64,000 nucleotides of DNA, from positions 1,183 to 65,182 of the forward strand of contig JALZUR010000021.1 in assembly GCA_023301025.1 (NCBI GenBank). Direction: 5' to 3'. Positions within the stretch are counted from its first letter, which is position 1. Each line of letters opens with the position of its first letter. The DNA is from Bdellovibrionales bacterium (GTDB lineage Bacteria > Bdellovibrionota > Bdellovibrionia > Bdellovibrionales > UBA1609). The translations under genes and the position numbers were made by a program. The notes beneath the pieces are model-generated. The model did no database searches. It was not told the origin of the DNA and saw nothing but the letters and a program-made list of their open reading frames with translations. Below, piece by piece: positions 56,587 to 64,000 of the stretch.

Positions 56587-57594
56587 ATGCTTAAGTATTT
56601 TATAAAAAGAATTTTACTCCTCATTCCAACGCTAATAGGTGTCACGCTTATATCTTTTCTCTTGCTTAACATAACTCCAGGGGGGCCCATTGAACAAAAA
56701 ATTCAGCAGATTCAAATGGCTCAAGAGGCGGGGGGTGCTAATTTTGGAGTTTCTGAAGAGGTTATCGAGGGATTAAAAAAGCAGTATGGTTTTGATAAAC
56801 CGGTGCATGTGAGATACGGAATTTGGCTTAAAAACCTTATAAGGTTTGATTTTGGTAAAAGCTTTTCTTTTGAAGAACCTGCTGTAGATGTTATTTTAGA
56901 GCGCATACCTATTTCACTTCAATTTGGTCTAATTTCATTTTTACTTATCTATTTGATCTGTGTCCCTCTCGGCGTTTTAAAGGCTGTAAAAGATGGTTCT
57001 CGCTTTGATCACCTTACAAGTGTGGTTTTAATTGTTCTTTACTCAATTCCTCCTTTGATGCTTGGAATACTATTAAGAAACTTTTTTGCAAATCCAAGTT
57101 ATTTTGATTTTTTTCCTCTTCAAGGTGCTTTTTCTGATAACTATGAGTACATGAGTTTTGGTGAAAAGATTCTGGACCGCATTCATCACTTTATTTTGCC
57201 ACTTTTGTGTTACATGATCGGAAGCTTTACAGCACTTACCTTTTTAATGAAAAACTCTTTATTAGATGAAGTTAAGCTAGATTATGTAAGAACAGCCAGG
57301 GCTAAAGGACTTTCTGAAAGAATAGTTGTTTACAAACATGCTCTAAGAAACGCACTTATTCCCATTGCCACAAGCTTTGGATCTTTTTTAGGAATTTTCT
57401 TAGCAGGCTCGATTATTATAGAAGAAATTTTTAATATTCACGGAATGGGGCAACTCAGTTACACAGCTTTATTGCAAAGAGACTACAACATCAGCATGGG
57501 TATTATTTTTCTATCTTCATTATTTTTACTCTTAGGTCGTTTGATTAGTGATTTTTTGTATGTACTTGTAGATCCAAGGATTGATTTTAGATGA
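56587..57594 (+). CDS. ABC transporter permease (YejB/DppB-like)
   Basis: N-terminus MLKYFIKRILLLIPTLIGVTLISF and EAA-loop region YVRTARAKGLSERIVVYKHALRNALIP. Confidence 0.9.
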   Translation: MLKYFIKRILLLIPTLIGVTLISFLLLNITPGGPIEQKIQQIQMAQEAGGANFGVSEEVIEGLKKQYGFDKPVHVRYGIWLKNLIRFDFGKSFSFEEPAVDVILERIPISLQFGLISFLLIYLICVPLGVLKAVKDGSRFDHLTSVVLIVLYSIPPLMLGILLRNFFANPSYFDFFPLQGAFSDNYEYMSFGEKILDRIHHFILPLLCYMIGSFTALTFLMKNSLLDEVKLDYVRTARAKGLSERIVVYKHALRNALIPIATSFGSFLGIFLAGSIIIEEIFNIHGMGQLSYTALLQRDYNISMGIIFLSSLFLLLGRLISDFLYVLVDPRIDFR

Positions 57595-58598
57595 TTGAAC
57601 GATTTATTGAAAATGAGTTAACTTTAAAAAGAATCAAAAGATTTAAAAATCAAAAAAGAGCAGTCTTTTCACTCTACGCTATTTTGATTATCCTATTTAT
57701 AAGTTTAAGTGCAGAGTTTTGGGCCAACTCAAAACCTATAGTTATGAGTTATAAAGGCTCTGTTTACTTTCCAGTGGTTAAGACCTACCACCCTTCTGAG
57801 TTTGGAAGAGCTAATGACTTAATTACAAACTACAGAACACTTGATATGAATTGGTCTGTATGGCCTCTTATTAAATGGAATCCTTATGAGTCTAATATTG
57901 AGGTTGAAGACTATCCAGCCCCTCCGTCTTCAATAAATATTTTAGGAACAGACGATAGAGGCAGAGATGTTTTTGCTAGGCTTCTTTATGGCTTTAGGTA
58001 CTCTTTTGGTTATGCGCTTTTAGTTTGGCTTTTTTCATACACGCTAGGTGTAACCATTGGCTCACTGATGGGTTTTTTAGGCGGTAAGATTGATCTTTTT
58101 GGACAACGTGCTGTTGAAGTTTTTGAATCTATGCCTATTTTTTATATGCTTCTTTTTATCTCCTCTATTTTCACACCAAGTCTTTTTCTTTTGGTTGGAA
58201 TTGCAACAGTCTTTTATTGGATGACAATTTCTGTTTATATAAGAGCTGAGTTTTTAAAATTAAGAAAAAGAGATTTTGTTGAAGCTGCAAGAGCCATGGG
58301 TGCTACGAGAGGTTCTATAGTATTTAAACATATACTTCCGAATGCACTAGCACCTGTGATCACTTTCTCACCTTTTTCTATTGCCATTCAAATTTCATTT
58401 TTAGCGAATATTGACTATTTGGGCTTTGGGCTCAGGCCTCCAACTCCAAGTTGGGGAGAGCTTTTACAACAGTCTAAACAGCACTTCATGTCTGCCTGGT
58501 GGCTAGGTCTTTTTACATCTATTGCTTTATTTATCTCTTTAGTGGTTTTAAACTTTATAGGTGAAGGCGTAAGAGACGCTTTTGATCCAAGAAAGTAA
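57591..58598 (+). CDS. ABC transporter permease (YejE/DppC-like)
   Basis: ILGTDDRGRDVFARLLYG and FVEAARAMGATRGSIVFKHILPNALAP. ATGA overlap with the preceding permease. Confidence 0.9.
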   Translation: MIERFIENELTLKRIKRFKNQKRAVFSLYAILIILFISLSAEFWANSKPIVMSYKGSVYFPVVKTYHPSEFGRANDLITNYRTLDMNWSVWPLIKWNPYESNIEVEDYPAPPSSINILGTDDRGRDVFARLLYGFRYSFGYALLVWLFSYTLGVTIGSLMGFLGGKIDLFGQRAVEVFESMPIFYMLLFISSIFTPSLFLLVGIATVFYWMTISVYIRAEFLKLRKRDFVEAARAMGATRGSIVFKHILPNALAPVITFSPFSIAIQISFLANIDYLGFGLRPPTPSWGELLQQSKQHFMSAWWLGLFTSIALFISLVVLNFIGEGVRDAFDPRK

Positions 58599-58600
58599 GT

Positions 58601-59875
58601 TTAACTTTCTTGAGTAGCGATAGCAGCAGCCTCTTTTTCAGATGTGGATTCACTTCTTTCGGCGTATTCACTCCATAAAAATCCAAGTTTTGCTCTTAAA
58701 GATTTAGCTTCAAAAAGACTTACAAATAAAGCTGTAAAAAATATCGTAAGTGGGATCAAAGAGAAGATGACTGATTGAAGCCAGTCGCCACCCTCTATGC
58801 CTTTTTGTGTCGGAAGTGTTGCTAAGACGGCACAAGCAAGACCACGTGGACCCATCGCCGTTGTTACCATAACATCAAGTTTTGACCAGGTTTCTTTTTT
58901 CAATACGAAGCGCACAGAGAAGTATCTAGTCACAAAAATAAGTGCTGTAAGTAAAAGAGCAATGGCAACTATAATAGGCTGGTTGAACTTTACTAAAACA
59001 CCTAGATATATAAAGAAAACTGTTTTCAACATAAAGCTTAGTGTGTTTAAAAAAGCCATATCTCTGTATGTTACTGGAGACGTGTTGATGATAGACTTCA
59101 TCCAAGAAGGTAAAAGATCTAAGTTTGCTAATAAAAACCCTAAAACTAAAACACCAATTGCACCATTATAGCCGTTAGCTTCAATCAGCCCATAAACTAA
59201 AATAGCCCAGGCCTCTCCAGCAAAAGGCATTTTAAAAATTTGTGCAAAATACTTTTTAAGTGTTGCCCACATAAAAGCGCCAGCTAAACCAAAAACAATA
59301 GATAGAAGTGTTTTTGGTCCAAGCCCAATAAATAAAGTTTGTGCTGAAAAACTTCCTTTTGTCAGCCCATCAAGAAACACTAAAAAGATTACGATGGTTA
59401 GCACATCTGTAAACGCTGATTCTAATGACAGTATAGTTTTAGCGTTACCACTCAAAGACAGTGGTTTTACCATCGGGATCACTACGGCAGAAGATGTGCT
59501 TCCAATTCCAAAACCTAAAAGAAGTGAGATTCCAACAGGCTGTCCTGCAAGTAAGAATGCCACCGAAAAGCCTAAAAGAGCTATGGATAAAAAAGTAAGC
59601 ATAGACAAAAGAAAAGATTTAAAAAAACCCTCTTTAAGTTCCTGAAAACTTAATTGCAAGCCACCTTGATATAAGATCACAACTAAAGCCATTGAAGATA
59701 ATAAGGGCCCTGCCTTACCAAAATCTGAAGCTGAGAAAAATCCAAGTACTGGTCCTAAAATATAACCAATGAGTACAAGAATTAAAAGATCAGGTATTTT
59801 TGTTTTTTCAAAAAACCAACCTAAAAAGTGACCCGAAAAAAACAGCACAGCTAGTGCAATTAAAGATATATGCAT
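58601..59875 (-). CDS. Cation:proton antiporter (Na+/H+ exchanger family, CPA1-like)
   Basis: 424 aa with about 11-12 TM segments and a layout typical of the Na_H_Exchanger family; acidic cytoplasmic tail. Confidence 0.8.
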   Translation of the reverse strand: MHISLIALAVLFFSGHFLGWFFEKTKIPDLLILVLIGYILGPVLGFFSASDFGKAGPLLSSMALVVILYQGGLQLSFQELKEGFFKSFLLSMLTFLSIALLGFSVAFLLAGQPVGISLLLGFGIGSTSSAVVIPMVKPLSLSGNAKTILSLESAFTDVLTIVIFLVFLDGLTKGSFSAQTLFIGLGPKTLLSIVFGLAGAFMWATLKKYFAQIFKMPFAGEAWAILVYGLIEANGYNGAIGVLVLGFLLANLDLLPSWMKSIINTSPVTYRDMAFLNTLSFMLKTVFFIYLGVLVKFNQPIIVAIALLLTALIFVTRYFSVRFVLKKETWSKLDVMVTTAMGPRGLACAVLATLPTQKGIEGGDWLQSVIFSLIPLTIFFTALFVSLFEAKSLRAKLGFLWSEYAERSESTSEKEAAAIATQES

Positions 59876-59927
59876 ATTCTAATGCTAACGAATTAACATA
59901 TATGTTCAAGGTGATTATTTATACGTT

Positions 59928-61835
59928 TTAGGTTTTAAGGTAAGTGTAGCTAAGTAGCGACTCTTCAAATTTTTTAATCAAAAGTTTTGATTGTTTATCT
60001 GTCATTATTTTTGAGTTACAGGCTTTAAGACAGTCTTGCTTTAGGTCTCTAATCAAGTTTTTAGGTTCAAAAGACACATAATTTAGCATCTCACCAATAG
60101 TGTCTCCCTCTACAACATCAATGACTTTGTACTTCTCTTTTTTGTCAAAAATCACATGAACAGCATCTGTGTCTCCAAAAAGATTGTGCATATCACCCAA
60201 AATCTCTTGATAAGCGCCAGTTAAAAATACTCCTATGTAGTAAGGTTTTTTAGAGTCTAACTCATGCACTTCTAAATAGTTCTGAGGGTGGGCAGAGGTG
60301 GGATCAATAAATTTATTAAGTGTTCCATCAGAGTCACAGGTTAAATCAACTAATACGGCACGTTTTTTTGGTTCTTCAGTGTGTCTGTGAATAGGAACTA
60401 CTGGAAAAACCTGATCCATAGCCCAAGAGTCAGGGAGTGATTGAAATAAAGAGAAGTTGCAGTAGTAGGATTCACATAAAATTTCATCAAGGTTGTGAAT
60501 AAGTTCACCAAAGTCTTTTTCAGAATCAGCAGCAAGTCTTCTGATCTTTACGTAGAGATTATTAATCATAACCTCTGCACGAGCTCGCTGAGATAGGTTT
60601 AGAACTCCGTAACTAAAGAGCTGCATGATGTCTTTTCTGATTTGGTTTAAATCATGATAACTTTCTAAAAGAGTTTTAGGTTTTAAATATTTTGTGATTT
60701 CATCAAGGTCTCTTAAAACCTGATGATCTTTTTCACTAATGCTCTCTGTTTTTCTTACAGTATTAGTTTTATTAGAACCTAAAACGTTAAAAATTAAAAC
60801 AGATGAGTGCGCAACTAAAGATCTGCCTGATTCAGTAATAAGGTGAGGATGAGGTATTGAGCACTCATTGCATATGGCTTTTATGGTGTAGACCACATCA
60901 TTTGCATACTCTTGATCTGTGTAATTTACAGAGCTTTGAGAGTTGCCTGATCCGTCGTAATTGACCCCTAAGCCGCCACCCACATCAAGATATTTAAGTT
61001 TAGCACCAAGATTGTAAATCTCTGCAAAAAAACGAGCTCCTTCTTTTAAAGAGGTTTTAATATCTTGAATAGAGGGAACTTGTGAGCCTATGTGGTAGTG
61101 TAAGAGCTCAAGTGAATCTATAAGTCCTTCTTCTTTTAGTATCTTGCACCCTTCAACAATTTCACTAGGACTTAAACCAAATTTTGATTTTTGTCCGCTA
61201 CTTTCTGACCATTTGCCAGAGCCTCTAGAGTAAAGCTTTGCTCTAAACCCAATTCTTGGTTTAATTTTATGTTTTTTATAAGCTTTAATAACTAAAGATA
61301 GTTCAGAAAAGCGATCAATAACTGTTAGCGTTTGTCGGCCCATCTTTAATGAAAGCAGTGCTGTTTCAATATAGTCATAGTCTTTAAAACCATTGCAAAC
61401 GATAAGGCCTTTGCTGTCTTTTATTTTTGAAAGTGCAATCAAGAGCTCAGGCTTACTTCCACACTCTAAGCCAAGTCCGTAACTCTTCCCAAGTTTTACA
61501 AGATCCTCTACAAGATGACGCTCTTGATTTACTTTAACAGGGTAAACACCCATGAAAGCTCCTTCATAAGAGCTTTCTGTAATAGCATTCTCAAAGCAGT
61601 CAAAAAGGTGTTTTACGCGTTCTTTTAATATGTCGGGAAAGCGAACAAGAATAGGAAGATTTAGTCCTCGTTTTTCTAAGTCTTCAACTAGCTCTAAAAG
61701 ATCAATATTATCTTTAGATTTTTTTTCATAATTTTCACTAACAGTGACATGCCCTTTATTATTAAAATTAAAAAAAGGAGTGCCCCATTTTTCAATTCCA
61801 TATAGTTTTTTACTTTGCTCTACATCCCAATTCAC
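59928..61835 (-). CDS. speA: Biosynthetic arginine decarboxylase
   Basis: MNWDVEQSKKLYGIEKWG, YPVKVNQ (PLP Lys), HYHIGSQ, GGGLGVNYDG and DSWAMDQVFPVVP. GTG start 8 nt after the leuS stop. Confidence 0.95.
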   Translation of the reverse strand: MNWDVEQSKKLYGIEKWGTPFFNFNNKGHVTVSENYEKKSKDNIDLLELVEDLEKRGLNLPILVRFPDILKERVKHLFDCFENAITESSYEGAFMGVYPVKVNQERHLVEDLVKLGKSYGLGLECGSKPELLIALSKIKDSKGLIVCNGFKDYDYIETALLSLKMGRQTLTVIDRFSELSLVIKAYKKHKIKPRIGFRAKLYSRGSGKWSESSGQKSKFGLSPSEIVEGCKILKEEGLIDSLELLHYHIGSQVPSIQDIKTSLKEGARFFAEIYNLGAKLKYLDVGGGLGVNYDGSGNSQSSVNYTDQEYANDVVYTIKAICNECSIPHPHLITESGRSLVAHSSVLIFNVLGSNKTNTVRKTESISEKDHQVLRDLDEITKYLKPKTLLESYHDLNQIRKDIMQLFSYGVLNLSQRARAEVMINNLYVKIRRLAADSEKDFGELIHNLDEILCESYYCNFSLFQSLPDSWAMDQVFPVVPIHRHTEEPKKRAVLVDLTCDSDGTLNKFIDPTSAHPQNYLEVHELDSKKPYYIGVFLTGAYQEILGDMHNLFGDTDAVHVIFDKKEKYKVIDVVEGDTIGEMLNYVSFEPKNLIRDLKQDCLKACNSKIMTDKQSKLLIKKFEESLLSYTYLKT

Positions 61836-61843
61836 TTCTAATC

Positions 61844-64000
61844 TTATCCTTTAACAATAATGTTGAGTATGCGAGTGGCTTTATAGATGACTTTCACTCT
61901 TTCTTTATTTTCAAGATAAGAGCTAATGCCGTCTTGTGCTTCAGCAAGTTTTAAAGCCTCATCTTCAGATGTTGTTTCTTGAACTTTTATAGTTCCTCTC
62001 ATTTTCCCATTCACTTGAACACCCATTTTAACTAAAGACTCTGTACAAAGTGCTTCATCAAAATTAGGCCAAGTGGTTTTAGCGACTAAAGCTTGTTGTG
62101 TGTCATTTGCAACAATGATTGACCAAATCTCTTGGGTAAGATGAGGGGCGAAAGGATTTAAGAGCTTTATTAAAGGCTCTAAAGCTTCACGGCTATTAGA
62201 CTTTTTTTTGTAAAGATCATTAACTAAAATCATCATGGCACTAACGGCTGTGTTAAAACTCATATTCTCGATATCTTCAGTGACTTTTTTAATGCACTTG
62301 TGAAGTGATGATTTAAGCTCACTGTCTAATGGCACTTCAGTAACAATTGATTTAGACTCATGAATACAAAGTCGGTAGATGCGGTCTAAAAATCTTTTTG
62401 AGCCTTCTATGTTTTTTGTGCTCCAAGGTTTTTCTTTTTCAAAAGGCCCCATAAAAGCGATGTATACTCTTACCGCGTCTACCCCAAATTCAATTTTTAC
62501 TTCATCAGGATTTACAACGTTGCCTCGAGACTTAGACATTTTTTCACCATCATCCCCTAAAATCATTCCTTGGTGAGCTAATTTTTTAAAGGGTTCATCA
62601 AAGTTTATTAAGCCTTCTTTATTTAAGAATTTTGTCCAGAACCTTGAATATAAAAGATGTCCTACTGTGTGCTCAGGGCCTCCAACGTAGAGGTCAACTG
62701 GTAACCAGTATTTGAGCTTGTCTTCACTGCAAATCGCACTTTCATTTTGTGTGTCGGGATATCTTAAAAAGTACCACGAAGATCCAGCAGACCCAGGCAT
62801 GGTGTGTGACTCTCGCTCTCCTTCTTTAGTATTAATCCAATCACTGTTGTTTTTTAAAGGAGCCTCACCTGAATCACTAGGCTCGTAATCTGCAACTTCA
62901 GGTAAAAGAAGAGGTAGTTCTTTTAAATCTAAGGCTCTGGATGCACCATCATTTGTGTGTATTATTGGAATAGGCTCTCCCCAATACCTCTGACGACTGA
63001 AAAGCCAGTCTCTAAGTTTATAGCGAGTGTCGCGCACACCTATTTTTGTGTCTTCTAGATGCGAGATCATTTTTTCTATGGCTTCTTCTTTTAAAAGACC
63101 GTTTAAAAAATCAGAATTTATAAGTTTTCCGTTTGAGGTGACAGGAAGATCATTCCCTTCAACAACTTGTAAAATTTTAAGATCAAATTTATTAGCAAAA
63201 TCAAAGTCTCTTTCATCATGGGCAGGCACTGACATTACAGCCCCTGTTCCGTAATCCATTAGAACATAATCAGAAATCCAGATTGGAATTTTAGTGTTAT
63301 TAACAGGGTTTATGGCAAATGCTCCTGTAAAAACTCCAGTTTTTTCAGACTCACTTTGTCTTTGGACTTCACTTTTTTTAAGTGTATTTTTAATATACTC
63401 ATCAATAGGAGTAATTTGCTCTTTAGTGCATATCTTTTTTACTAAAGGGTGCTCAGGGGCTAAAACCATAAATGTAACACCAAAGATTGTATCAGGTCGG
63501 GTAGTGTATATTTTAATGTCTTTAGAAAAGCCATCCACTTTAAAATCAACTAAAGCACCACTGCTTTTTCCAATCCAGTTTGTTTGGCCCTGTTTAGTTC
63601 TATTAGGCCACTCTATAGTATCTAAGCCTTTTAAAAGATCTTCAGCATAGTCTGTGATTTTTAGCATCCATTGCTTCATTGGAACACGTTTTACAGGATG
63701 CCCTCCACGTTCACTTTTTCCATCAACAATTTCTTCATTTGCTAAAACAGTTTTAAGTTCAGGGCACCAATTAACAGGAACTTCTTTTTGATAAGCAAGA
63801 CCTGCTTCAAATAGTTTTTTAAAAATAAATTGAGTCCATTTTAAAAAACTAGGATCAGTAGTAGCAAGCTCTTTTGACCAGTCAAAACTAAAGCCAAAAG
63901 ACTTTAGCTGTCTTTTAAAGTTCTCAATAGCTTTTTCTGTTGTGATCTGTGGATGTACGCCAGTTTGAATGGCGTACTGTTCTGCTGGTAAACCAAAGGC
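61844..64000 (-). CDS. leuS: Leucine--tRNA ligase (5' end lies beyond the right edge; partial)
   Basis: KMSKS motif, MKQWMLKITDYAEDLL and RQRYWGEPIPI. My own translation of 63680-64000 on the minus strand stays open and in frame (AFGLPAEQYAIQTGVHPQ...NWCPELKTVLANEEIVDGKSERGGHPV), so the ORF-track start at 63679 is only the first internal Met. Confidence 0.97.
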   Translation of the reverse strand, partial: AFGLPAEQYAIQTGVHPQITTEKAIENFKRQLKSFGFSFDWSKELATTDPSFLKWTQFIFKKLFEAGLAYQKEVPVNWCPELKTVLANEEIVDGKSERGGHPVKRVPMKQWMLKITDYAEDLLKGLDTIEWPNRTKQGQTNWIGKSSGALVDFKVDGFSKDIKIYTTRPDTIFGVTFMVLAPEHPLVKKICTKEQITPIDEYIKNTLKKSEVQRQSESEKTGVFTGAFAINPVNNTKIPIWISDYVLMDYGTGAVMSVPAHDERDFDFANKFDLKILQVVEGNDLPVTSNGKLINSDFLNGLLKEEAIEKMISHLEDTKIGVRDTRYKLRDWLFSRQRYWGEPIPIIHTNDGASRALDLKELPLLLPEVADYEPSDSGEAPLKNNSDWINTKEGERESHTMPGSAGSSWYFLRYPDTQNESAICSEDKLKYWLPVDLYVGGPEHTVGHLLYSRFWTKFLNKEGLINFDEPFKKLAHQGMILGDDGEKMSKSRGNVVNPDEVKIEFGVDAVRVYIAFMGPFEKEKPWSTKNIEGSKRFLDRIYRLCIHESKSIVTEVPLDSELKSSLHKCIKKVTEDIENMSFNTAVSAMMILVNDLYKKKSNSREALEPLIKLLNPFAPHLTQEIWSIIVANDTQQALVAKTTWPNFDEALCTESLVKMGVQVNGKMRGTIKVQETTSEDEALKLAEAQDGISSYLENKERVKVIYKATRILNIIVKG

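Noticed and set aside
63680-64000. Apparent truncation of leuS at Met 63679 in the ORF track, suggesting a pseudogene or a separate upstream gene
   Set aside because: Manual translation of the minus strand from 64000 down to 63680 is in the same frame, has no stop and encodes typical LeuRS sequence. The gene simply continues beyond the window edge.

Overview
This is an AT-rich, gene-dense chromosomal segment with about 60 protein genes, many joined by ATGA/GTGA start-stop overlaps. I found no rRNA, tRNA, CRISPR array, transposase or integrase. The gene content (classical menaquinone pathway, caa3-type oxidase, NtrC-type regulator, many lipoproteins and secreted hydrolases, very low GC) would fit a Bacteriovorax/Halobacteriovorax-like member of Bdellovibrionota. 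That placement is inference only.

Blocks, left to right:
- Cys-repeat lipoprotein
- minimal histidine kinase plus sigma-54 activator
- ileS-lspA-lgt
- menaquinone supercluster: ubiE and DAHP synthase divergent from menF-D-H-A-C-E, then a hotdog thioesterase and a polyprenyl synthase; no menB
- rsmJ, an orphan gene and a degenerate SpoIIE-like protein
- citrate synthase
- a 490-bp gap followed by a secreted-protein/protease island
- glnB-glnA plus a lysine-less GcvH-like gene
- trmL and secA
- zinc-ribbon acidic protein and a large lipoprotein
- complete cytochrome c / SCO1 / coxBACD / ctaB operon
- maiA and a FAH-family hydrolase
- AraC / CheB-CheR-PAS / short-LOV operon
- prpD-prpB-prpC
- agmatinase-like gene, DedA, and a YejABE-like ABC importer without an ATPase
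- Na+/H+ antiporter, speA, and leuS (runs off the right edge)

Best candidate for a previously undescribed system: the AraC / CheB-CheR-PAS / LOV operon (44345-48245). A canonical flavin-cysteinyl LOV photosensor is translationally coupled to a kinase-less methylesterase-methyltransferase fusion, with no chemotaxis partners nearby.

Second candidate: a GcvH-fold protein lacking the lipoyl-lysine that appears co-transcribed with glnB-glnA.

All family calls come from motif recognition by eye; no database search was run.
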